A stretch of DNA of 64,000 bases from a virus: the IMG/VR virus record IMGVR_UViG_3300045988_073112; one strand, written 5' to 3'. The notes under the pieces are model-generated. The model was not told the DNA's origin. It saw only the letters and a program-made list of their open reading frames with translations, and made no database searches. Made by a program: the position numbers and the translations under genes. Of the stretch, positions 1-7,962 are shown in pieces (the first letter of the stretch is position 1; each line of letters opens with the position of its first letter).

Positions 1-45
1 TTCTAAGCTGTCACAATCTGAGTTCGAATCTCAGTAGCCGTACCA
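1..45 (+). tRNA. 3' part of a tRNA truncated by the window edge; positions 1-7 (TTCTAAG) fit the anticodon loop, giving U33-CUA-A37, a candidate amber suppressor tRNA-Sup(CUA)
   Basis: Counting back from CCA (43-45): discriminator A42, acceptor 3' strand TAGCCGT (35-41), T-arm CTGAG-TTCGAAT-CTCAG (18-34), 5-nt variable ACAAT (13-17), anticodon 3' stem CTGTC (8-12), 7-nt loop TTCTAAG (1-7). The 5' half lies outside the window. Confidence 0.5.
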
Positions 46-49
46 ATAT

Positions 50-395
50 GGGGGTATAAAGGTTTCGACGGGGCATTGAGAAGTTAGAACACACGGGTAG
101 GCGACCTTCTTACGGCGCAACAAACAATTAACTGACAACAATTATTTTGATTCTCACATGGCAGCTTGAGCTTTTGCTCGCTGACCATTAACTGTATACC
201 TCTGGTTTCTTTGTTTTCCTTCTAAAAATAAAGTGGTGGATGCGTTGTACTTATAACCGGTACGGCCCTATAGTTTAGTTAGTTTGTTCTTGACTTGTGG
301 CTCTATTCAAAAGCTATAAATAAGGACTATCGTGTAAGAATGTTCTGATTAAGTAGATGTTTCGGACACGGGTTCGACTCCCGTTACCTCCACCA
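50..395 (+). ncRNA. ssrA: tmRNA (SsrA)
   Basis: 5' end GGGGGTATAAAGGTTTCGACGGGG and 3' end TTTCGGACACGGGTTCGACTCCCGTTACCTCCACCA match the tmRNA tRNA-like domain (compare E. coli GGGGCUGAUUCUGGAUUCGACGGG ... GGACGCGGGUUCAACUCCCGCCAGCUCCACCA). An internal tag frame ends ...TATTTTGATTCTCACATGGCAGCTTGA (..YFDSHMAA-stop), parallel to the E. coli ...ALAA-UAA ending. Confidence 0.7.
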
Positions 396-400
396 AACTT

Positions 401-477
401 GTCCGCTTAGCTCAGCTGGCTAGAGCAACCGACTCTTAATCGGTGGGTCCAGAGTTCGAATCTCTGAGCGGGCACCA
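401..477 (+). tRNA. tRNA-Lys (anticodon CUU)
   Basis: Acceptor GTCCGCT/AGCGGGC, D-arm GCTCAGCTGGCTAGAGC, anticodon stem ACCGA/TCGGT with loop CTCTTAA, T-loop GTTCGAATC, 3' CCA. Confidence 0.8.
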
Positions 478-481
478 ATAC

Positions 482-571
482 GCGGGGATGGCCGAGTGGT
501 TGATGGCGCCAGTCTAGAAAACTGGAGGCCCAGTAATGGGTCCGGGAGTTCGAATCTCTCTCCCCGCGCCA
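482..571 (+). tRNA. type II (Ser-like) tRNA whose anticodon loop CTAGAAA parses as anticodon AGA; an atypical A34 variant of a Ser body
   Basis: Acceptor GCGGGGA/TCCCCGC, Ser-like D-arm TGGCCGAGTGGTTGATGGCGCC, perfect 5-bp anticodon stem CCAGT/ACTGG, long variable arm, T-loop TTCGAAT, CCA. Confidence 0.65.
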
Positions 572-574
572 ATA

Positions 575-652
575 TAGTTTGGTAGCTCAGTTGGTTAGAG
601 CACTCGATTGATAATCGAGAGGTCGTGAGTTCAAGTCTCACCCAGACTACCA
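575..652 (+). tRNA. tRNA-Ile (anticodon GAU)
   Basis: Acceptor AGTTTGG/CCAGACT, anticodon stem CTCGA/TCGAG with loop TTGATAA, T-loop TTCAAGT, CCA. Confidence 0.8.
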
Positions 653-714
653 TTTGGAGATATTTCTTTAATTTGATTATCTTTTTCTTTATAGGTATTG
701 AGGAAGGTGATAAA

Positions 715-1575
715 ATGAAGATTTATAATCCAACTAATTATTCCTATATCACAGTTGTAGAAATCCCAAAGGTCGAGATTTCAAAGTTCGATATGGCGCT
801 ATGTCAACAGCCTCGTTAGACTTTGAAAGCCTACTATGATAGTTGCGCTGTTAAGCCTTCTATCGTTTCCAATGGTGGTTTCTTCAGCATGACTGATGGT
901 TCAACAGCCTTTAACTATACCGATGAAGGTATAATCATTAGTTCTAATTCTCTTTACAAAGAAGGATTTGGAACTGTCAATGGAGAGTTAAAGTACGGTG
1001 TAATTGGTCAAGAGAAGTTTGAGGACTTCGTAAGTGGCTATCCAGTCTTAATTAAGGCGGGCGCCGCAGTCCCTATTACTATTGCTTCCGAGATTAACTA
1101 CAAGGCTAGAAGAACTATTCTGGCTTATAATAAAGAAAATATTTTTATTGTAGCTATTGAATCTCCGGGCATGAACTTCTCACAAATGCAATCTTTCTTG
1201 CGGACTCTCAAGGTTGACTACGCTATTAACCTTGATGGAGGGGGAAGTACCAAGATATTGCATGATGGCAAGTGTATCACAAAGGCGCTTGCTAATCGTC
1301 CTGTTGATAATATAATGGCTGTTTATCTAAAGCCAAAAGTTATTTACAGAGTATAGCTTGGTGCATTTAGCAAGAAAGCTAATGCAGATGCATTTTTAGC
1401 TAAAATCAAGGCTCTTCCTGATACTATCAATGCAGGATATAAGAATGCTTATGTTCGCAAGGTTGGTAGTTATTGGAAGGTTCAAATTGGTGCGTTCTCT
1501 GTGAAAGCTAACGCAACACGAGTTGTAAATGATCTAAAGAGTAAGGGCTATAATGCCTTCATTACGACAACTTGA
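715..1575 (+). CDS. secreted cell-wall enzyme-like protein: phosphodiester glycosidase (NAGPA-like, NLDGGGST motif) fused to two C-terminal SPOR repeats; two in-frame TAG codons (817, 1357) read through
   Basis: RBS GAGGAAGG before the ATG at 715. Track ORFs 625..819 and 823..1356 are in the same frame and are separated only by TAG. After the second TAG the frame continues as LGAFSKKANADAFLAKIK...YWKVQIGAFSVKANATRVVNDLKSKGYNAFI, i.e. SPOR repeats, with the TAG falling on the conserved YRV[Q]xGAF glutamine. It ends at TGA 1573-1575. Confidence 0.6.
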
Positions 1576-1766
1576 TTTTCTAAAAATATTTTGTTATAAT
1601 ATTTATAGAAGATAAGAGAAGACGCTTGCCGCAACCACTACTATTGTAATAGTCAAAAGGTTAAGACATTTCTCTACAAAAGAAACAATTTGGGTTCGAT
1701 TCCCAATTACACAAAAGGCGTCTTGTTATGGTCAGCCCGTAAGACCTTAAATGGCGGGACACCTAT

Positions 1767-1842
1767 CCGGGTGTAGCGCAGTTGGTAGCGCGCCTGATTT
1801 GGGTTCAGGAGGCCCAGAGTTCGAATCTCTGCACTCGGACCA
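1767..1842 (+). tRNA. tRNA-Pro (anticodon UGG)
   Basis: Acceptor CCGGGTG/CACTCGG, anticodon stem CCTGA/TCAGG with loop TTTGGGT, T-loop TTCGAAT, CCA. Confidence 0.8.
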
Positions 1843-2040
1843 ATCCCCATTTGGTGGGGACTATGTATCACTCCTTTCCTATGTTATATAAAGACCTATA
1901 CAGCAAATCTTTCTTTACTAATAGAAGAAGATATAATGATTAGCAAGTCATTGCTGCCAGACGTCGAGATAGCTCTTTAGAACGAAGACAGGCGAGAGCT
2001 ATGGAGTCATAAGTCTAAGTTTTCGTGGGTCTTGAAATGT

Positions 2041-2092
2041 TATAATATTTTTGTTATAATATTTATAGAAAGTTAAGAAAGGAAGTAAATGG
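2041..2092 (+). promoter_or_regulatory. conserved sigma-70-like promoter plus leader (TGTTATAAT extended -10, then ATTTATAGAAAGTTAAGAAAGGAAG leader/RBS)
   Basis: Near-identical copies precede genes at about 14319, 18236, 21049, 25413, 27919, 29321, 41671, 43188, 46393, 48860 and 56294. A variant at 1588-1620 faces the tRNA genes. Confidence 0.55.
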
Positions 2093-2093
2093 T

Positions 2094-2279
2094 ATGAAGA
2101 AAATTGATATGGGTTGCTACTACTTTTCCGACAAGGGTTTGGTTCGTACAGTTGCCAGAGCAACAGATATGGAGACGAAGAAGTCGATGATTATGTTCGT
2201 TAACATTGAATCTGGCGGGTGTGCAAGTCAGCCTCTTTTAATTTCTGAGGAGAAGTTTGCGGCGACTTACATCAGGTAA
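2094..2279 (+). CDS. small hypothetical protein (61 aa)
   Basis: ORF directly downstream of the conserved promoter/leader with RBS AAGGAAG; no recognisable domain. Confidence 0.3.
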   Translation: MKKIDMGCYYFSDKGLVRTVARATDMETKKSMIMFVNIESGGCASQPLLISEEKFAATYIR

Positions 2280-2286
2280 GTCGTAT

Positions 2287-2363
2287 GCGGGATTAGCTCA
2301 GCAGGTTAGAGCATTTGCCTTACAAGCAAGGGGTCACAGGTTCGAGTCCTGTATCCCGTACCA
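2287..2363 (+). tRNA. tRNA-Val (anticodon UAC)
   Basis: Acceptor GCGGGAT/ATCCCGT, anticodon stem TTTGC/GCAAG with loop CTTACAA, T-loop TTCGAGT, CCA. Confidence 0.8.
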
Positions 2364-2635
2364 GCGTTGGGAGCGCTACAGTGGTCACACACAAAAACTG
2401 CCTTAGAACAAATAAACAAAAGCTAAGGTGAGGAATTTAACCGCCTAAATGAAGGGTTATGATTTATAATAAGACGCTAGCCAGCAATTTTATTTTCTAT
2501 AAAGAAAGTTTATACAGAGGATTGTGAAGAATCATCTATGATCGCCGTTTGGCTAGTTCTCCTGGGGTAAGAGAGAGTTAATTGACAGAAGAGCGAATGT
2601 AAATTGATTAAAACTCTTTAGCGTCTTGATTATTT

Positions 2636-2711
2636 AGCGGTGTTGCGAAGTGGTTAACGCGCATGGCTTTGACCCATGTATTCGAAGGTTCGAACCCTTC
2701 CACCGCTGCCA
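2636..2711 (+). tRNA. tRNA-Gln (anticodon UUG)
   Basis: Acceptor AGCGGTG/CACCGCT, anticodon stem CATGG/CCATG with loop CTTTGAC, T-loop TTCGAAC, CCA. Confidence 0.75.
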
Positions 2712-2951
2712 AAATCTACTAACCGGCATAAATCAATTTAACTGGTTGATAAGCCCCGTTTGTGGGGAGAAACGCAAGCAGCTCTTAAATGAGCGACACT
2801 CTGAGTCGGCAGAGCAAGAGTAGAGAACTGGAAGGTTGCAGCTCGAATACTGAATCCTCTAAAGAGTGGGACTTAGCGCGCGGAAGAACCCTTTGGCGTG
2901 GAACGCACACCAGTAAGGTTTGTAGTCAACCTTTATCAAAACTACATTTCG

Positions 2952-3074
2952 GGAGCTAGCTCAATTGGTAGAGCGCGTGTAATAATCCAGGTCTAGTAAA
3001 TAGACCACGACAGCAGCCACTATGATTTTCTAGGGACACGAGGTTGTAGGTTCAAATCCTGCGCTCCTGGCCAT
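2952..3074 (+). tRNA. tRNA-like gene with a roughly 48-55 nt insertion inside the anticodon arm (intron-like); the 3' side of the insertion would present loop TTCTAGG, i.e. a second possible CUA anticodon
   Basis: Acceptor CGGGAGC pairs with GCTCCTG+G+CCA at the 3' end. D-arm GCTCAATTGGTAGAGC. Anticodon stem CGTGT (2978-2982) pairs with ACACG about 60 nt downstream. The insert contains a perfect hairpin GGTCTAGTAAATAGACC. Variable AGGTT and T-arm GTAGG-TTCAAAT-CCTGC are canonical. Total 123 nt. Confidence 0.4.
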
Positions 3075-3095
3075 CTTTTCTAAAGGAGTGAATTT

Positions 3096-3521
3096 ATGTC
3101 GCAATACTTATATTTCTTTGCACGGCACGATAAAGAATTTATTCTTATCGCTGACTATTCTCGGAGCACTCAGGTATATAGCGAAGTAAATGCTCCTTAT
3201 GAGAAGATTAGAAAGATTGATGAAACAGAGTTGAGAAGTGTAGCAGAGAGACTGCGGGCTGGCAAAAATTTTGCCAAATCTCAGATCGAAGCCCTTAACC
3301 GCAAGTTAGAGCTTATTTCTAGCGCGAATAATTCTCTTGAAGAGAAGTTAGACGTGATCAACTCTGAATTAGAAATCATTGAAGAGTATGAAGATGACAT
3401 TCAAACTCTTGACAGATATGCCATAGAACTCGATTTTATCGCTAATATGGCTTGTGACAACGATATTTTCGTAGGTTTCGAAATCAGTTGCCCAACCGAA
3501 AAAGATATTGTTGACTGTTAA
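3096..3521 (+). CDS. hypothetical protein (141 aa, predicted coiled-coil)
   Basis: RBS AAAGGAG 7 nt before the ATG; TAA stop; sits between tRNA genes. Confidence 0.5.
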   Translation: MSQYLYFFARHDKEFILIADYSRSTQVYSEVNAPYEKIRKIDETELRSVAERLRAGKNFAKSQIEALNRKLELISSANNSLEEKLDVINSELEIIEEYEDDIQTLDRYAIELDFIANMACDNDIFVGFEISCPTEKDIVDC

Positions 3522-3526
3522 CACCT

Positions 3527-3611
3527 GCCGGGGTGGCAGAACTGGTATATGCAGCGGACTTAAAATCCGCCGCCGTAAGGATTGGGGGTTCGAGTCCCCT
3601 CCCCGGCACCA
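3527..3611 (+). tRNA. tRNA-Leu (anticodon UAA), type II
   Basis: Acceptor GCCGGGG/CCCCGGC, anticodon stem GCGGA/TCCGC with loop CTTAAAA, long variable arm, T-loop TTCGAGT, CCA. Confidence 0.8.
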
Positions 3612-3878
3612 CCCGTGTCCGCAAGAATCAAAGACTTAAAAAGTTGGTGGCTCTTCTTAGTAGAGTTTTTGAGGAAGAAAAGTGGCTCTAGATGACAGCG
3701 GATAAACCTCACGGGACCATTCCCTTTTGTTAATAGGTGGTCTGGGTTAAACAATTAACATAAAAGACGTATACAGCAATTACACATATTGTGTATTATC
3801 GGTTCGAGTCCGATTCTATTCGCCAATAATAGGATAGCTTAACAGGTTAAGCAACAAGAAAAATGCGTCTTGTTTTAT

Positions 3879-3952
3879 ACCGGCTTCGTATAATGGGAGT
3901 ACAAAAGACTCTGACTCTTTTGGTGGTAGTTCGATTCTATCAGCCGGTGCCA
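3879..3952 (+). tRNA. tRNA-Gln (anticodon CUG)
   Basis: Acceptor ACCGGCT/AGCCGGT, anticodon stem AAAGA/TCTTT with loop CTCTGAC, T-loop TTCGATT, CCA. Confidence 0.7.
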
Positions 3953-4040
3953 AGGCAATTCCAGAAGCCCTTTCGAGAAACCTTACTCGATAAAACAAGG
4001 AGATGGAGGAGTTTACGGTTACTTCTACTTAACCGTATAT

Positions 4041-4126
4041 GGGTCAGTGAGCGGAATTGGTAACGCAGCGGACTGTAAATCCGTGGCTTTCGAGCATTGT
4101 TGGTTCAAGTCCAACCTGGCCCACCA
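4041..4126 (+). tRNA. tRNA-Tyr (anticodon GUA), type II
   Basis: Acceptor GGGTCAG/CTGGCCC, anticodon stem GCGGA/TCCGT with loop CTGTAAA, long variable arm, T-loop TTCAAGT, CCA. Confidence 0.8.
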
Positions 4127-4302
4127 AGTCTTATCATACAGACTTAAAATAAATGAGTACCCTAGATAATGCTAAACTAGGTATCCGAGTATCGGGAGAA
4201 TTAGTCTGGCAGCCGATGAAGCGACGATACTACGTGATCAGACGAAAGGACGACTGAAGTCGTTAGCCACGGGTAAACAGGCTGATAGCCGCGTGGTAAT
4301 AT

Positions 4303-4379
4303 GGATCTTTAGCTCAGTTGGTTAGAGCACGCGGCTCATAACCGCACGGTCCTGGGTTCGATTCCCCGAAGATCCACCA
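4303..4379 (+). tRNA. tRNA-Met (anticodon CAU); G1-C72 is paired, so an elongator or Ile2-type rather than an initiator
   Basis: Acceptor GGATCTT/AAGATCC, anticodon loop CTCATAA, T-loop TTCGATT, CCA. Confidence 0.75.
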
Positions 4380-4382
4380 TAT

Positions 4383-4455
4383 GCGGGGCTAGGTTAAAGG
4401 TAGACCATCAGCGTTAAAAGGCTGAAAAAGCGGTTCGAATCCGCAGCCCCGCGCC
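4383..4455 (+). tRNA. atypical tRNA whose anticodon arm parses with an 8-nt loop (GTTAAAAG); identity undetermined
   Basis: Acceptor GCGGGGC/GCCCCGC+G+CCA, D-arm GGTT-AAAGGTA-GACC, anticodon stem TCAGC/GCTGA enclosing 8 nt, T-loop TTCGAAT. I could not find any 7-nt loop register. Confidence 0.4.
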
Positions 4456-4481
4456 AATATGTATTGAAAGGACGTAAAGGA

Positions 4482-5600
4482 ATGAACATAGTAAACGCAG
4501 GTTCTCGTTATCAAGTCTATGGCGAAGATGTAAAGACTTATAAGGAGCTTCCTATTGCTACTTACTCGGTTGGATTTAATCCAATGATGGGTTTTTGGCT
4601 TATTAAGCATGATGACCTTGCTATCAACGAGGATACAATCTACGGCAATCATGCTCGTCGCGCAGAAAAGATTCTAAAATCTTTTGCTGTAAGTGAGAGA
4701 AACTTCGGTGTCATTCTCTCCGGTAAGAAGGGTATTGGTAAATCTCTGCTTGCTCGCATGATTGCGGAAGAGTCTATTAAGGCCGATATGCCAGTCATTA
4801 TCGTTGACACCGCTATTCCCGGCATCAGCAATTTTCTTGCCTCTATTCAGCAAGAGGTAACGATTATCTTTGACGAGTTTGAAAAGACTTTCGCCAAGAC
4901 CGAGAAGGACGATCCGCAGGTTGAGATGCTTAGTCTGTTCGATGGTATGGATAACGGTAAGAAGCTGTTTGTCATTACCTGTAACGATCCTCGTCAGTTG
5001 AACGAATTTCTTATTAACCGACCTGGCCGCTTCCATTATCATTTTGAGATTACCTGTCCCTCTCCTGACGAAGTTCGTGCTTATATGGTTGATAAGCTTG
5101 GTACTGGTTGGGAAGAGGATATTGAAAAGGTTGTTAAGCTGTCTCAAGTAGCTGATATTACTTTTGATTGTCTGCGCGCAATCGCTTTCGATCTAAAGCA
5201 GGGCTATCCTCTGGAAGAGACCCTCATGGATTTGAACATCAATTATGAGCGCAATAGCTCTTATGATGTTACCGTTAGATTGTCTAATGGGTGGGTCACT
5301 ACAGCTTATTACAAGAAGATTGATCTCTACTCTAAGGATGAGTATAACATTTCTTTTGAGAAAGATAAAGTCCGTTATTGGATTACTTTCTCTCCCTCTA
5401 ATGTCACGGTTGCTGATGGTGCTTTAACCATCAACCCGCAGAAGATTAAGTTGACTGTGGCTTATGATGCTTTTGAGGAGTCAATGTCTGACGAGGACGC
5501 AGAAATTGCTCGTAGACAGTGGATGAAAAATACGACTGTTGAGTCTTGTACTCTAACAAAAGTAAACATCTCCATGGTAAATAAGTTCGATAATTTTTAA
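4482..5600 (+). CDS. AAA+ family ATPase
   Basis: Walker A GKKGIGKS, Walker B IIFDEFE, sensor motif NRPGRFHYHF. ATG 4482 with RBS GAAAGGA preferred over the TTG 4464 used in the track. Confidence 0.7.
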   Translation: MNIVNAGSRYQVYGEDVKTYKELPIATYSVGFNPMMGFWLIKHDDLAINEDTIYGNHARRAEKILKSFAVSERNFGVILSGKKGIGKSLLARMIAEESIKADMPVIIVDTAIPGISNFLASIQQEVTIIFDEFEKTFAKTEKDDPQVEMLSLFDGMDNGKKLFVITCNDPRQLNEFLINRPGRFHYHFEITCPSPDEVRAYMVDKLGTGWEEDIEKVVKLSQVADITFDCLRAIAFDLKQGYPLEETLMDLNINYERNSSYDVTVRLSNGWVTTAYYKKIDLYSKDEYNISFEKDKVRYWITFSPSNVTVADGALTINPQKIKLTVAYDAFEESMSDEDAEIARRQWMKNTTVESCTLTKVNISMVNKFDNF

Positions 5601-5626
5601 AAATAGCCCTCGTAAGAGGGCTATAT

Positions 5627-5702
5627 GCCAGCTAGGTCAAATGGTTAAGATGCCGCCTTCATACGGCGAGAGGACTGAGTTCGACTCTCAGAGTTGGCAC
5701 CA
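5627..5702 (+). tRNA. second CAU-anticodon tRNA (Met or Ile2-lysidine type)
   Basis: Acceptor GCCAGCT/AGTTGGC, anticodon loop TTCATAC, T-loop TTCGACT, CCA. Confidence 0.7.
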
Positions 5703-5778
5703 ATTCATTGTTGCAGCAATGTTTATCATATATATGAGAAAACCGAGAGAGCTTAACACCTGCAAGTGTTCTGCCTAA

Positions 5779-5809
5779 CCCCTGTCATTCGTGACAGGGG
5801 TTTCTTTTT
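5779..5809 (+). terminator. rho-independent terminator
   Basis: CCCCTGTCATTCGTGACAGGGG hairpin followed by TTTCTTTTT. Confidence 0.6.
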
Positions 5810-5934
5810 GTATATGAGCAAGACTGGACCGCGCTCGGTGCAAACGCAAAGTGGCTCTAGAATTTTTCAGGCCAAATATGGCAAAATGATTTGCATTAGT
5901 TTTTATATCTATGTGAGAGGAGGGATTTGTAAGA

Positions 5935-6150
5935 ATGGCTGAATTAGTAGTTCTTAAAGGTTCTTTTGCCAATCTCAATAATATTCCAATTAAAGAAGGT
6001 TAGTTGATCTTTACAACAGACGAGGATAATCGTTTGATTTTTTTAGATACTGATGACAGTACCAGAGTATAGATAACTTCTCCAGCAATTGAGAATACTG
6101 ATACAATCATTTTAGATGCTGGCGGCGCTCCTGCAACAATAGGAGGTTAA
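5935..6150 (+). CDS. small tail-fibre-like protein (71 aa) with the conserved fibre N-terminal motif; two in-frame TAG codons
   Basis: RBS GAGAGGAGGGA. Reads MAELVVLKGSFANLNNIPIKEG[TAG]LIFTTDE..STRV[TAG]ITSP. The first TAG sits where fibre N-termini carry the E/Q of the L-x-E-G-E/Q-L-x-F-x-T-D motif. Confidence 0.5.
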
Positions 6151-6155
6151 AATAT

Positions 6156-6668
6156 ATGGCTATTAAAACATTTGAAGTTGTTTTTAAGTTACGCCGCGAC
6201 AATGATTACAATTACGAGAAGGTAAAAGATAGTTTTATTCCCAAAAAAGGAGAAATCTGTTTAGTAGATACTGCTAGACAAGGTCTTTGCGTAATTGTTG
6301 GTGATGGTGTATCAACTTATGGAAGTCTTGAGTATGAGAATACTATCTTCCAACGCGTTTATTTCATTGGCGGAAAGATTTTCAAGGATGCTGATGGTAT
6401 TTAGGAAATCACTCCTAATGAAAATAAAATTTATATTGATGCCAATAACACCAACGACTTGTATTATTACAATGGCGTTGAGTTTGTTTTAATTGGGCCG
6501 GGTTCGCTTCCGACCGCGTCAGCGGAAACCGCAGGTATTATGAAACTTTACTCTACCACTGGAGAGAATGTGGATGGTACAATGACGCAAAAAGCGATTA
6601 CAGATGAACTGAACACTAAGGTTAGTGCTTCAGTTAATTTAGAAGATGAAACTGTCGTCTTCAAATAA
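6156..6668 (+). CDS. tail-fibre / head-fibre-like protein (170 aa); one in-frame TAG at 6403
   Basis: RBS AGGAGG. N-terminal KKGEICLVDTARQG fibre motif. Track ORFs 6156..6404 and 6459..6668 are the same frame joined by TAG. The downstream part SAETAGIMKLYSTTGEN..TQKAITDEL is a classic fibre motif. Confidence 0.55.
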
Positions 6669-6691
6669 TCTATTTAGGAGGAAATCTAATT

Positions 6692-7909
6692 ATGCCTATT
6701 TTTGATCCTAAGAATATCCCTGTGATTTCTAAGCTTACAATCGGTGATAAGACTTATTACTTAAAGGATGCCGAGGCTCGTGAGCTACTTAAGACTCTTG
6801 GCACCGCTGCTAAGAAGGATGTCGCCGCTGGTGTTGGCGCTGATGAGCAGGGCCTTGTTACTGGTGCTCAGGTTCAGGCTGCTATTGCTGGCATTTCTGG
6901 TTCCATGCACTTCCGTGGTGTGTTCACTTCAACTGCAGAAGTTACTGACCCAGCTGCTGGCGATGTAATTATTGTTGGTGTTAAGGAGTATGTGTATGGC
7001 GGAGATCCTGCTGATTGGCACGAGCTTGGCGATGAGACCCTTTATGCTCTGAAGACTATCACCATTGGTACTCAGAATCTTTCTGCTAATATCAATCTTG
7101 ATACTCTTGCTAAGGATATGGGTCTTGGTGCTCTTTCCAAGAAAGATAGCGCGACTGGTACAGTTGCAGGCCAGACCATTACTGGCTTGAAGGCCAAGGG
7201 TAACGCTGCTGGCTCTATTGCTGTTGAGCTGACTCAGACTTCTACTGCTGCTACCTTAACTAAGAGTGACTATACTCCCTCCGGTGATGTAACGGGTTCT
7301 GTTACCGCTGCTGGTACTGTTTCTATTGCTAAGGATGCCGAGAATGGTACTCAGATCTCTGGTTCTGTTTCTGCTCCTAAAGTGACTGTTACTCCTGCTA
7401 CCGACACTATTAAGAAGGTTACTTCTGTTGGTACTCTGCCTACCAAGGCTGCTGATACCTTTACTCCAAATGGTGATGATACCTTTACCGCTGGTTCTCA
7501 GGCTGCTTGGAGTGCTAATGTTGATGAAAAGAGCGAGACTCTGAGCTTCTCCTTTACCGCTAATGCTCTTCCCACCTTTACTCAGGGCGCTAAGGCTTCT
7601 TACACAGAAGGCGCTTTCGATGGTGGTACGCTTCCTGAACTGGCTGCTACTGGTACTACTGTTGTTACTGGTATTACTAAGGCCGAGGCTTCTGCTCCTA
7701 CCTTTACTGGTGATAAGTTTGCTGCTTCCTTCACTGGAGCTTCTGCCGATATTACTGCTACCTTTGCTGGTGAAAAGACTTCTGTTGTTTCTGGTGTTAA
7801 CTATGATAAGGCTGGTGTTGATGCCGATAAGACCAAGTTTACTGCTGGTGCAATTGAACTTGCTGTTGATGATGTCGTTGTTACTGAGAAGGAAGTTACC
7901 GTACAGTAA
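6692..7909 (+). CDS. fibre-like structural protein (405 aa), Thr/Ala/Gly-rich, N-terminal YYLKDAEAR motif
   Basis: RBS TAGGAGG; long low-complexity T/A/G/S-rich ORF typical of phage fibres and decoration proteins; TAA stop. Confidence 0.65.
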   Translation: MPIFDPKNIPVISKLTIGDKTYYLKDAEARELLKTLGTAAKKDVAAGVGADEQGLVTGAQVQAAIAGISGSMHFRGVFTSTAEVTDPAAGDVIIVGVKEYVYGGDPADWHELGDETLYALKTITIGTQNLSANINLDTLAKDMGLGALSKKDSATGTVAGQTITGLKAKGNAAGSIAVELTQTSTAATLTKSDYTPSGDVTGSVTAAGTVSIAKDAENGTQISGSVSAPKVTVTPATDTIKKVTSVGTLPTKAADTFTPNGDDTFTAGSQAAWSANVDEKSETLSFSFTANALPTFTQGAKASYTEGAFDGGTLPELAATGTTVVTGITKAEASAPTFTGDKFAASFTGASADITATFAGEKTSVVSGVNYDKAGVDADKTKFTAGAIELAVDDVVVTEKEVTVQ

Positions 7910-7962
7910 TCTAGCACTAGCGAGCTAAATGCTCGTTTATGAAAATAAAGGATGGTGAGTAA

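Noticed and set aside
420-653. 77-aa minus-strand ORF
   Set aside because: It overlaps three well-formed + strand tRNA genes (Lys, Ser-like, Ile). Its translation comes from tRNA palindromic arms.
4154-4255. 34-codon ORF in the 4127-4302 intergenic segment
   Set aside because: It has no RBS and is embedded in a region of stacked hairpins between tRNAs. It is more likely a structured RNA than coding sequence.
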